From an uncultured Gammaproteobacteria bacterium (GTDB lineage Bacteria > Patescibacteriota > Patescibacteriia > 2-12-FULL-60-25), in contig CAYTIN010000001.1 of NCBI GenBank assembly GCA_964438015.1, forward strand, positions 54,074 to 118,073: a stretch of DNA of 64,000 nt, given 5' to 3'. Shown piece by piece: positions 52,578-62,003 of this stretch. The notes under the pieces were generated by a model that was not told the DNA's origin, made no database searches, and saw only the letters and a list, made by a program, of their open reading frames with translations. Positions within the stretch are counted from its first letter, which is position 1, and every line of letters starts with the position of its first letter. Position numbers and translations under genes: made by a program.

Positions 52578-53852
52578 TCATGAGCCAATCTTATCAAACC
52601 CACAATATGGCCTGAGAACTTCTGGGATCAAAATCGACCCGTCCTCTTGCTGGTAGTTTTCTAAAATAGACAATAGCGCACGAGGTGTCGCCACCACCGT
52701 TCCGTTTAGGGTGTGCACATACTCCTTCTGCCCTTCTTTGGTCATATACTTAATCTGTAACCCGCGGGCTTGGTAATCAATACAATTCGACGTACTCGTG
52801 ACCTCACCCCAACCGCCTTTGCCTTCATTCTTGCCCCACATCCAAGCCTCAATATCATACCGACGATAATCCGACCCACCCAAGTCTCCCGTACAACAAT
52901 CAACGACCCGATACGGAATACCCAGACTCTGCCAGAACATCTCTTCTAAACGTAAAAACTCCAAATGGATCGCTTCGGACTGCTCTGGTTTTGCAAAAGC
53001 AAACATTTCCACTTTCGAAAACTGGTGCACACGATAAAGCCCGTACGATTCGCGCCCATAAGAACCAGCCTCCGTGCGAAAACAGTGGGAGAATGCGACA
53101 TACTTTTTTGGAACCTCTTCTTCCGGAATGATCTCATCCATGTGGTATCCCAGGACAGTAATTTCTGATGTTCCTACCAGTGCCAAGTCCTGTTCCTCGA
53201 CATAGTACACTTGTTTCTCAGGTCCTCGCGGCAGAAATCCTTTCCCGATTAAAACAGCTTCTTTAGCAACATCCGGCGTCGTCAAAACCTCGTAGCCTTC
53301 TCGGTAAATAAGATCCATCGCGTATTTAATCAACGCCTGCTCAAGCAAGGCCAACTTTCCTTTTAAAAAATAAAACTTGGCACCGCTGACTTTCGCTGCC
53401 CGGGTAAAGTCCATCAAGTCATGCATCTCCGCCAACTCAACATGGGAACGCGGCTGAAAAGTAAACTTCCGAATCTCGCCGATTTGTTTCATTTCTTTAT
53501 TGTCTTCGTCAGAAGCACCAACGGGAGTAGCGGGATGCGTCAAATTCGGGATGCGCATGGTCATCTCTTTCCATTCTATTTCTACCTTTTCTAACTCCGC
53601 CTCTTGAAGAGACACTTGCTCCTTAATCGCCTTCCCCCGTTCAATCAATCCGGGTCGAGTTTCTGCCGTGGCGGATTTCATCGCTTCCGCAACCTCATTG
53701 CGTTCGCGCCTCATTTCTTCGAGCGTACGCAAAAGTGTCAAGCGGCGTTCGTCCAATACAAACAACGCATCTACATCTACAGATGCATTGCGGGCTTTGG
53801 TATTAGCTCGGAGCATGTCCGGTTGTTCGCGCAAGAGTTTTATATCGATCAT
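52578..53852 (-). CDS. serS: serine--tRNA ligase
   Basis: MIDIKLLREQPD..., an N-terminal coiled coil, and the class II core (FRTEAGS..., TLNGT). Confidence 0.9.
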   Translation of the reverse strand: MIDIKLLREQPDMLRANTKARNASVDVDALFVLDERRLTLLRTLEEMRRERNEVAEAMKSATAETRPGLIERGKAIKEQVSLQEAELEKVEIEWKEMTMRIPNLTHPATPVGASDEDNKEMKQIGEIRKFTFQPRSHVELAEMHDLMDFTRAAKVSGAKFYFLKGKLALLEQALIKYAMDLIYREGYEVLTTPDVAKEAVLIGKGFLPRGPEKQVYYVEEQDLALVGTSEITVLGYHMDEIIPEEEVPKKYVAFSHCFRTEAGSYGRESYGLYRVHQFSKVEMFAFAKPEQSEAIHLEFLRLEEMFWQSLGIPYRVVDCCTGDLGGSDYRRYDIEAWMWGKNEGKGGWGEVTSTSNCIDYQARGLQIKYMTKEGQKEYVHTLNGTVVATPRALLSILENYQQEDGSILIPEVLRPYCGFDKIGS

Positions 53853-54006
53853 ATTCTTATTACTTCGTCATCCTGAATGGAGTTTGACGCAATGAAGGAT
53901 ATCGACCGGAACAAGTAGCCATTTATATGATCGCTACCCGTTTCCAAGCCAGATCCCTCACCCCATCGAATTGCGTTCGGGATGACGAAAAGAGAGGAAA
54001 GTAAAG

Positions 54007-54411
54007 TTAGGATTTATTCAAAAGGGACGACTTATACACTTCCGGCTTATAGGCCCTTGCTCGCCTTACTGTGCAGGAAAGGCCGCGCTCGCGCAAGGTT
54101 TTCTCCAAGTCATCCGTAAAAGCTTGCTGGTCGTAGCCAAGCAAAATGATGTCAGGCCTTACCTCCTCGATGACTTGATATTTATCGCCCGGAAGACCCA
54201 ACCGAGCTTTAGCAACAAGTGGATGGGAGGAAACAGCAGCCAGACGATCCTGCTCACTCTGCCGCGGGCGCCGACCCTTCACGCTTAGCACTGTTTCGTC
54301 CCGAGCCACAATCACAACCACGCACTCACCTAAGTCTTTTGCCTGACGAAAATAGTCTTCATGCCCAGGATGAAGCCTATCAAACGTCCCGAAGCACAAA
54401 ACAGTCGTCAT
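54007..54411 (-). CDS. cytidylyltransferase-family nucleotidyltransferase (RibL/TagD-like)
   Basis: CFGTFDRLHPGHEDYF is an HxGH-type motif. 134 aa. Confidence 0.65.
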   Translation of the reverse strand: MTTVLCFGTFDRLHPGHEDYFRQAKDLGECVVVIVARDETVLSVKGRRPRQSEQDRLAAVSSHPLVAKARLGLPGDKYQVIEEVRPDIILLGYDQQAFTDDLEKTLRERGLSCTVRRARAYKPEVYKSSLLNKS

Positions 54412-54423
54412 AGTTATTCTCCG

Positions 54424-55917
54424 CTACTCCTCTACTTCTCTACCCGCTTTCGGTCTCAAAGTAGGAAACGCAATCACCTCCTTTAAGTTCGGAGCATTGG
54501 TCAAAAAAGCAACTAAACGATCGATACCTATGCCGAATCCAGAGGTAGGCGGCATCCCCTGCTCTAAAGCAAACAAGAAATCCTCGTCAACTTGCTGCGC
54601 TTCGTCGCTCCCCTGCTCACGCAGCATTTCTTGTGCTTCAAACCGACGACGCTGGTCAAGTGGATCGGTTAATTCATGGTAATAGGCATTGATAATCTCT
54701 GCTCCTTCAACAACTAATTGAGCAGAAGCACTCTTGGTTGCATCGTGGGCACAACTACGCGCTAGCGGCTTGAGCTCCACCGGGTAATCCAACACCCACG
54801 TTGGCTGACGGAAGGCGGCACGCGCCGTTTTTTTGTACAACTCATCGTAGTATTCGCCAATCCCCACACACCCTTTAAAATCAATCGCTAGCTCCTTGCT
54901 TTTCACCGCTTGGACAAGGGACTTCTCATCTCGATGGGCATCAATATCAATTCCACATGCATCCAGGATAGCTTGACGAAAAGTGGTCCGTGGCCAAGCC
55001 ACGGAAAAATCAATCTCATGGTCTTCGTAGGGAACGCGGAGAGCACCAACAGCAGATTGAATCATGTGACGCATGATTGATTCCAAGAAATCGATAAACC
55101 CATCTTTGACAGGAGCGAATGCCCAGTACAGTTCAGCCATGGTAAATTCCGGGTTATGGGCGTAATCGATGCCCTCGTTGCGGAACGAACGGCCAACCTC
55201 GTAGACTTTCTCAAATCCACCTACTACAAGACGCTTCAAAAACAGTTCAGGAGCGATGCGCAAATACAGGTCAACGTCCAAACTATTATGGTGCGTGATA
55301 AACGGACGCGCATTAGCCCCACCGGGAATCGCATGCAAAATGGGTGTCTCCACCTCCATGAATCCACGTTCATCCAAAAAGTGGCGCAAAGCCGACACCA
55401 TCCGTGAACGCGCGACCAACCGCTGGCGGGTCTCTGCATTCATGATCAAGTCCAATTCGCGATGACGATAACGCGCTTCAACATCCTGTAATCCATGCCA
55501 TTTCTCCGGCAATGGCCGCAAGGCTTTAGACAACACTCGCCAACTTTGCACCGCCAACGATTTCTCCCCACGCTTGGTCACAAACAATGTCCCCGTCGCT
55601 TCGACAAAATCCGACGGATCCATCAAATCGCGGAAACGCGTGAATACCTCTTCACCAATATCATCTTGCTTAAACGTAAATTGCAACTTCCCCGATTGGT
55701 CCAAGACATCGGCAAACATCATCCCGCCGTGCACACGGATCGTAAGGATGCGTCCAGCTAAGGTAACCACACGAGCCTCGCCAGACAATGTCTCAAACGC
55801 GGACAAAGCCTCACCCATCGTATGCGTACGCACGGCGTCAGACGTGTAAGGATCGACACCCAACGCCTTGAGCTTAGTTAACTTCTCACGCCGTACCTGA
55901 AATTCATCAAGCAACAT
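54424..55917 (-). CDS. lysS: lysine--tRNA ligase (class II)
   Basis: OB N-domain, [32 protein letters not shown], and [15 protein letters not shown]. Confidence 0.9.
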   Translation of the reverse strand: MLLDEFQVRREKLTKLKALGVDPYTSDAVRTHTMGEALSAFETLSGEARVVTLAGRILTIRVHGGMMFADVLDQSGKLQFTFKQDDIGEEVFTRFRDLMDPSDFVEATGTLFVTKRGEKSLAVQSWRVLSKALRPLPEKWHGLQDVEARYRHRELDLIMNAETRQRLVARSRMVSALRHFLDERGFMEVETPILHAIPGGANARPFITHHNSLDVDLYLRIAPELFLKRLVVGGFEKVYEVGRSFRNEGIDYAHNPEFTMAELYWAFAPVKDGFIDFLESIMRHMIQSAVGALRVPYEDHEIDFSVAWPRTTFRQAILDACGIDIDAHRDEKSLVQAVKSKELAIDFKGCVGIGEYYDELYKKTARAAFRQPTWVLDYPVELKPLARSCAHDATKSASAQLVVEGAEIINAYYHELTDPLDQRRRFEAQEMLREQGSDEAQQVDEDFLFALEQGMPPTSGFGIGIDRLVAFLTNAPNLKEVIAFPTLRPKAGREVEE

Positions 55918-55946
55918 ATGCGGCCAATACTAGCAGACTTACCAAC

Positions 55947-56411
55947 TTACTTCACCTGCTTAATAAGATACGGGGTCGTACCCGCTGGCGTCGTCACCGG
56001 TACTTTATCACCAACACGAGAACCAAGCAGGGCGCTCCCAATAGGAGATTCATTAGAAATCTTGCCGTTAATAGGATCCGCTTCGTTAGAACCTACAATC
56101 TGAAACGTTTTTTCTTTACCATTCACTTCGATCACCACGGTAGAGCCCACACGAACCACTCCATCAGAAGTGGCCGCTTCATCAATGACACGGGCGCTCT
56201 TCAAAAACTCTTCGACCTCAAAAATATGAGTCTCAAGCAAAATCATCTCATCCTTAGCTTCGTGGTATTCGGCGTTTTCGGACAAGTCTCCCAATGCTTT
56301 GGCGACCTCAATACGATCCGCCACTTGGCGGCGTCTTACCGTCTTAAGCTCATGAAGCTCAGCCGTAAGCTCATTAAGTCGATCTTGGGACACGTATTGA
56401 ACCGGGGACAT
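55947..56411 (-). CDS. greA: transcription elongation factor GreA
   Basis: GDLSENAEYHEAKDE in the coiled-coil tip, and C-terminal domain SPIGSALLGSRVGD. Confidence 0.9.
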   Translation of the reverse strand: MSPVQYVSQDRLNELTAELHELKTVRRRQVADRIEVAKALGDLSENAEYHEAKDEMILLETHIFEVEEFLKSARVIDEAATSDGVVRVGSTVVIEVNGKEKTFQIVGSNEADPINGKISNESPIGSALLGSRVGDKVPVTTPAGTTPYLIKQVK

Positions 56412-56566
56412 AGGTGAAGAAGCCTTCGCGCTTTAGATAAAGATTGAATAAATCGTCGGGGATGAACAAATGAAAAAACGTGGTTAGACGTTTTTTCATT
56501 CGTAAAGACAGAAGAACGCTGCCTTGATAAACCAACAATACACAAGGCCTTTACGAACGTCAACCT

Positions 56567-58528
56567 TTAAAAGACCCCTCCCCGTTCCGAACGCAACTTC
56601 CACCAAGCTTGGAAGACATTTTTTGCCACTGGAACTGCGTAAGCAGAACCCTCCCCTCCTTCTTCCAACAGGACGGCTACGACAATCTCCGGCGCCTCAA
56701 ACGGAGCAAAGCCCGTAAACCAAGCATGAGTCTGCCGGTTGCTATTCCATTGCGCCGTACCCGTTTTACCCGCCACTGCAAATGGCAACACACTAAGCGC
56801 CCGTGCCGAACCGTAAGTAACGGCGTCACGCATTCCCAAGCGCACCGTTTCTAAAACCTCCGCATCCGTTACCTGCGTAGCCCGTGGCGTAAAGGTCGGC
56901 CCTGAACGCTCCCCACCAGTTGTGGCCGTCATCGATTCAAGTACATGAGGCCGGAGTAACGTTCCCCCATTCGCCACCGTCGCGGCATAAACCGCCACTT
57001 GCAAAGGAGTAACCAATAGATCTCCCTGCCCAATCGACAGGTTGTAAGTGTCACCCAAAAACCAAGGTTCCCCTTTGGCCTCCTGTTTCCATTCTTTGCT
57101 CGGTACAAACCCCGCCGCTTCCGCGGGCAGGTCAATCCCCGTTTTCTCACCCAACCCAAAGCGCCTCATCCAAGCCCCTAAACGGTCAACTCCAAGCCCC
57201 ACAAACGACTCGTAGCCCCCGCCGATATAGTAATAAAATGTGTTGACCGACCAAGCAATCGCCCGACGCACATTCGTTACTCCATGCCCGCCGGCTTTCC
57301 AATCCGGAAAAAACCACGGGCCGACGCGAATCCCTCCCACCGACAAAACGTTCGTAGTTGAAGTAATGATTTTCTCAGCCAACGCGGCTGCAGAAATAAC
57401 GATCTTGACCGTGGAACCAGATGGGTACGTGCCGGACCAGGCGCGCGGAAAAAGAGGATGGTCAGCATTATCCGCCAAGGCACGGTAGGCGGTGGACGAA
57501 ACCGTACCGGAAAACAAGTTGTTGTCGTATCCTGGCCAAGACACCAGCGCCAACACACTCCCATTGCGCGGATCCAAAGCAACAACGGCACCTCTCGTGG
57601 TCTTAGCTTGCGAGAGCTGGGCCTGTAACGCTTGTTCGGCAGCCGCCTGCAATTGGCTATCAAGAGAAAGACGCATTTCTTTGCCGTCGGTAGATGGAGT
57701 TTCACGGATTCCAGCTCGGCGTCGGCCAAAGGCATCGACCTCACTCACCCGTTCACCCACTTTCCCTCGCAACTCCGTTTCATAAGTAGCTTCAATCCCG
57801 ATCTTGCCAATTTCATCCGCCCGTCGGTATCCCTCCTCACGGTGCAACGCATAGTCATCCTCAGACACTTTGCCGACATACCCCAAGATATGCGATAAGC
57901 TCGGAATGGTCGTCGACAAAGGATAACGGCGCTTGGGACGAATCTCCAAGCGAAATCCGGGCAAGTGCGGCAAAGCCACTGCCATAGACATAGCCCGGTC
58001 ATATGATAGAGAATCAGCGACCAAGACCGCCTCATCGCGAGCCGTGCCGGTAACAGTAGCAAAGAGACGTAAGTCATTGATACTTAGACCCAATAAACGA
58101 GCCGCCTGCCCCAAATCCAAGGAAAGCTGGTCTCCCTTACTAAGCTCACGAGGCGTCATGGTAACTTGAAAGCGGGGAATATTATCAGCCAAGATGACTC
58201 CTGTACGATCACGAATAATCCCTCGCTTAGGCCAGAGTGGCTCTTCTCGTAAACGATTGGATTCAGCCAGCTTAGCGTAGACGTTCCCCTGCCACTGCTG
58301 CATCCAAAAAGCACGTCCGAGAAGTCCAGCTAATATAAAACCAACACACAACTGTAGGAATAAAAACCGACGCGCGGTAAAAGGATTACCGAGATAAAGT
58401 GGACGGTCACGGACAGAGGTAGCTTGATCTTCATAAAAAACCTCATGATGCACAACCTCCTCTTGATCTTGAGAAATACGCCAATCGCGCTCTTGCGCAC
58501 CGGGCACGTAAAAGAAGCGACTAGCCAT
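56567..58528 (-). CDS. mrdA: penicillin-binding protein 2 (elongasome transpeptidase)
   Basis: N-terminal transmembrane helix, SxxK motif PSGSTVK, KTG motif AGKTGTA. Synteny with mreBCD. Confidence 0.85.
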   Translation of the reverse strand: MASRFFYVPGAQERDWRISQDQEEVVHHEVFYEDQATSVRDRPLYLGNPFTARRFLFLQLCVGFILAGLLGRAFWMQQWQGNVYAKLAESNRLREEPLWPKRGIIRDRTGVILADNIPRFQVTMTPRELSKGDQLSLDLGQAARLLGLSINDLRLFATVTGTARDEAVLVADSLSYDRAMSMAVALPHLPGFRLEIRPKRRYPLSTTIPSLSHILGYVGKVSEDDYALHREEGYRRADEIGKIGIEATYETELRGKVGERVSEVDAFGRRRAGIRETPSTDGKEMRLSLDSQLQAAAEQALQAQLSQAKTTRGAVVALDPRNGSVLALVSWPGYDNNLFSGTVSSTAYRALADNADHPLFPRAWSGTYPSGSTVKIVISAAALAEKIITSTTNVLSVGGIRVGPWFFPDWKAGGHGVTNVRRAIAWSVNTFYYYIGGGYESFVGLGVDRLGAWMRRFGLGEKTGIDLPAEAAGFVPSKEWKQEAKGEPWFLGDTYNLSIGQGDLLVTPLQVAVYAATVANGGTLLRPHVLESMTATTGGERSGPTFTPRATQVTDAEVLETVRLGMRDAVTYGSARALSVLPFAVAGKTGTAQWNSNRQTHAWFTGFAPFEAPEIVVAVLLEEGGEGSAYAVPVAKNVFQAWWKLRSERGGVF

Positions 58529-59042
58529 AATAAGAAGAGCGCGAACGCTGTAACGGGAAGAGTCGGGCTTGCAAAGAAAAAAAGCTTAAAAAACTGAACA
58601 CGACAAAGGAACAGATCCCATGGATAAGGAGCGCCAAGAAAAATCCTTTCCAGGACCAGGCTAGTCCAGGCGCCACTCCTTGGAAGACATCGCTCGCAAA
58701 CGCCAAGAACGCATCTAAGCCTGTTATAAGTAAAGATAGGACTAAAGCAGTGTAGACAGATTTATTGGTTAACCAACGACGAAAAACAATCCAAGACACA
58801 GCGAACAAGAGAAGAAGTCGAACCGTGTGAAATTCGAGACCGTAGAGCGTATAGCTATCACATAAAAATCCCACCATCAGGACAAAGGTCAGCGCATAGG
58901 CAAAGCGCGTGCGAACCAGCATTAAAACCAAACAAGGAATCACTAACCCAATCTCGTGATAGGAAACAAGAAAGGGAATAACGGCGATCTGAAAGATCGC
59001 AACCAAGAGTCCACACAAGAGACTGAAAAATATTCCCTGCAT
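58521..59042 (-). CDS. mreD: rod shape-determining protein MreD
   Basis: Polytopic membrane protein lying between mreC and mrdA. The call is mainly by synteny. Confidence 0.6.
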   Translation of the reverse strand: MQGIFFSLLCGLLVAIFQIAVIPFLVSYHEIGLVIPCLVLMLVRTRFAYALTFVLMVGFLCDSYTLYGLEFHTVRLLLLFAVSWIVFRRWLTNKSVYTALVLSLLITGLDAFLAFASDVFQGVAPGLAWSWKGFFLALLIHGICSFVVFSFLSFFSLQARLFPLQRSRSSYYG

Positions 59043-59049
59043 ATAAGCG

Positions 59050-59850
59050 TCAAGGACTTGGCCTCAAAACCGTCGGACGAAGGATTGACACCATCGATAA
59101 ACGATCCAATCCTACTAGAGGCTCAATAGCGGCAGTTAAGAACGGATCCGTTGGCTGTCCATTAACACGGTTAATGATCCCCAATGGCAGATTGCCGGGC
59201 ACCTTTTCCTCCGTCCCCGCCGTAACCAGTAAATCGTCTTTCTTTAAAACTTCCGATGGTGGAATATACGTCAAAAGAGCCGCCCCATTCCCTCGCCCTT
59301 CCACAATACCCACTAACCGCTGACGCTGGGAAGGAGAAGCTGACGTACGCGCATCCGGATCAGTAAAGACTTCCAAAACAGATAAGCGTTCGGTAGCACG
59401 CAAAATCTTGCCCACAAACACCCCTTCTCCTGTAATGACTGCTTGCCCCACTTCCACCTGGTCACGTGTTCCCCGGTCAAGCAAGAAGTGCATCCTACCA
59501 TTTTGTAAATCTCGTCCAATAACCTGCGCTCCCACCGATTCATACCCGGAAGTCTGCAAAAAACGAAGCTGCGTACGCAAAGTACGGTTTTCCTCTTCTA
59601 ATCCTTGCAGACGAGCACGGTCTAAGGCATTCCCAGCGATACGGGCTTCAAGTTCTTGCAAGTGCGCCTCCGAACCAGCAGATCTGCCTAATAGAGCTCG
59701 AACACGCTGCGTAGAAATCGCGGAGAATTGCATAAGCGGAGCCGTCACCACCCGCAAAGCACTACCAACAGGCTTGGCCGCTCCGGTCAAGATCAAGAGA
59801 AGGAAGAGAGATACACTACCTCCAATCACAAAGAGAGAACGAGGTTTCAT
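59050..59850 (-). CDS. mreC: rod shape-determining protein MreC
   Basis: Transmembrane helix, coiled coil (LEEENRTLRTQLRFLQ), and beta domain. ATG 59850 preferred over the TTG at 59868. Confidence 0.8.
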   Translation of the reverse strand: MKPRSLFVIGGSVSLFLLLILTGAAKPVGSALRVVTAPLMQFSAISTQRVRALLGRSAGSEAHLQELEARIAGNALDRARLQGLEEENRTLRTQLRFLQTSGYESVGAQVIGRDLQNGRMHFLLDRGTRDQVEVGQAVITGEGVFVGKILRATERLSVLEVFTDPDARTSASPSQRQRLVGIVEGRGNGAALLTYIPPSEVLKKDDLLVTAGTEEKVPGNLPLGIINRVNGQPTDPFLTAAIEPLVGLDRLSMVSILRPTVLRPSP

Positions 59851-59900
59851 GGGAAGAGCAAGCTGCAAAATAAAGAACGCCTAAACGATGCAAAAGAACA

Positions 59901-60953
59901 TTACACGCCGGGGATGCGTTCCGTCGCCGGAAAGGCCACATCATCAAGTAAGGCACGCTGGTCTAACAACATCCCGGTACCCCGTGCAACAGCCGTTAAA
60001 GGATCGTCGGCCACACGTACCGGCAAACCCGTCCCACGACTGATAGCTGCATCCATGCCACGCAAGAGCGCTCCACCGCCGGTGAGCACAATACCTTTTT
60101 GATAAATATCCGCCACAAGCTCCGGAGGAGTAATCTCTAAAATAGCTTTTACCTGTTCGACAATGCCCTTAACAGAACGAGCCAAGGCTTCGCGGATTTG
60201 TGCATCATTCACCAAAATTTCTCGTGGCAACCCACTTAAAATATCACGCCCACGCATTGATGTTTCCATTGTCTCACCCATCTCAACCGCCGAACCGACG
60301 GCCATCTTAATCTGCTCAGCGATCCCCTCACCTAAGAGCAGGTTAAAGACGTCACGGGCATACTGGGCGATATTTTTATTGAGCTCTTCTCCCGCAATCG
60401 CCATACTCTTAGCCGTTACCACCCCATTCAAAGAGATGACTGCTACTTCTGTGGTTCCGCCACCGATATTGACGATCATGTTGCCGAGCGGGCTAGAAAT
60501 ATCCATCCCTGCTCCAATCGCCGCGGCAATCGGCTCTTCTACGACAAGGACCTCATGGGCACCCGCACTCATAGCTGCATCGCCGACCGCCTTACGTTCC
60601 ACCTCCGTCACGTCTAGCGGAACAGAAATGATCACGCGTGGACGAGGAAGGACAAGAGACCGATCGTCATGGACTTTATCAAAAAAATACCGCAGCATTT
60701 TTTCTGTAACTTCAAAGTCGGCAATAATCCCTCGCTGCAAAGGACGCGTCACCAGAATATGCGGGGGCGTTTTGCCCATCATGGACCGAGCCTCCTCCCC
60801 AACCGCGAGCACACGACCATTCCGACGATTCACCGCCACCACTGAAGACTCATTGACTACAATTCCTCGCCCTTTGACATAGACCAAGGTATTCGAGGTT
60901 CCCAAATCAATGCCAAGCTGTTTGGTAAAATTACGCAATAAAGCTCGCCACAT
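59901..60953 (-). CDS. mreB: rod shape-determining protein MreB
   Basis: LGIDLGTSNTLVYV, NIGGGTTEVAVISL, and VLTGGGALLRG are actin-fold motifs. Confidence 0.9.
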   Translation of the reverse strand: MWRALLRNFTKQLGIDLGTSNTLVYVKGRGIVVNESSVVAVNRRNGRVLAVGEEARSMMGKTPPHILVTRPLQRGIIADFEVTEKMLRYFFDKVHDDRSLVLPRPRVIISVPLDVTEVERKAVGDAAMSAGAHEVLVVEEPIAAAIGAGMDISSPLGNMIVNIGGGTTEVAVISLNGVVTAKSMAIAGEELNKNIAQYARDVFNLLLGEGIAEQIKMAVGSAVEMGETMETSMRGRDILSGLPREILVNDAQIREALARSVKGIVEQVKAILEITPPELVADIYQKGIVLTGGGALLRGMDAAISRGTGLPVRVADDPLTAVARGTGMLLDQRALLDDVAFPATERIPGV

Positions 60954-61127
60954 ACAGGAGGATCATAGAGACTCTTCACAAAGATAGCAACTCAATATTC
61001 ATCCGGATGTAAAAACCAAAAGATTTACTCCTGAACGAAGGAGTGCCCGAGGCATTTTGCCAGGCGATAAGCCGTCTAAGGCGAAACAAAGAAGGTGCCG
61101 ACGAGAGAGGGGTAAATCTTTTGGTTT

Positions 61128-61565
61128 TTACATCCTCCTACTCTCTTCCATCGCCACAAACACATATTCAACCACCCCCAAAACTGCAAATAATCCTAGG
61201 ATATTCCACCACACCAGCACATTCTGGGCAGATAATGCCAAGGTCGCCACCGCCACAAAGGCTAGCATAATGCTATGACGAAACGAAATGCGAACTTCAC
61301 GCATCACAATTTCCTGACGTTTCAAAACCAACACACGGTACAAAACACCAACAACCGCTATGGTACCCATCAAGGCCGCAAATAAAGTGATATAAAAAAG
61401 AAATAACCCTGGAATGCCCGTTTCCACAGGATCCAAACGAAATAGAACCACGAGCCAACCAACCCAAGCGAGCAAGGTGGTAGCCGCCATGGTCCAAAGG
61501 TAGACAGAAAAGGTCATGCCGGAACGCATGGCAGCATTGTAACGCAAAAACGATCCCTGCTCCAC
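61128..61565 (-). CDS. membrane protein (start uncertain: GTG 61565, ATG 61529 or 61517)
   Basis: Four hydrophobic helices. No family recognised. Confidence 0.45.
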   Translation of the reverse strand: MEQGSFLRYNAAMRSGMTFSVYLWTMAATTLLAWVGWLVVLFRLDPVETGIPGLFLFYITLFAALMGTIAVVGVLYRVLVLKRQEIVMREVRISFRHSIMLAFVAVATLALSAQNVLVWWNILGLFAVLGVVEYVFVAMEESRRM

Positions 61566-61701
61566 TCTATATATAACTCAAGCAGAACTAGCGGAAAGAC
61601 GCTTTCTTGCCTGCAGGGCCCGGGTTATTTCCTAGGAGCCATCTTTAAGGATCTCGGGCAGTCCTCGGCAAGAAAAACATCTTCCCGCTGAGTACATTCA
61701 T

Positions 61702-62001
61702 CTATCTGCTAACAAACAAAATCTTTTTAACCACTTTTGCTCCCAAGACCCGATTTACATCGTTCTGAAAACGGACGGATTGCATTTTTAGCTCTTGGAG
61801 AGCGGCTCCAGCCGAAGACGCAACCTTAAGCGTTCCTTCCGAGAAAGATACCATCTGCACATACGCCGCCCTCTCCTCTCCCCATAGGCGCACCAATGAT
61901 TGCTGCGCCTCAAATAAAACACGCGCCGCTGTCACTTTGTCGGCAATGCCTGCCGTCTGGATGGCGCGAGGAAGAAAACGACGGATCGGTTCGAGAGCCA
62001 T
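61702..62001 (-). CDS. DUF721/DciA-like protein
   Basis: 99 aa. The pattern ...AARVLFEAQQSL...VSFSEGTLKVASSAGAALQELKMQ resembles the DUF721 family. Confidence 0.5.
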   Translation of the reverse strand: MALEPIRRFLPRAIQTAGIADKVTAARVLFEAQQSLVRLWGEERAAYVQMVSFSEGTLKVASSAGAALQELKMQSVRFQNDVNRVLGAKVVKKILFVSR

Positions 62002-62003
62002 AC

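Noticed and set aside
60163-60882. 239-aa + strand ORF antisense to mreB, and similar antisense ORFs in lysS, mrdA and serS.
   Set aside because: They lie entirely within strongly supported minus-strand housekeeping genes and have low-complexity translations.
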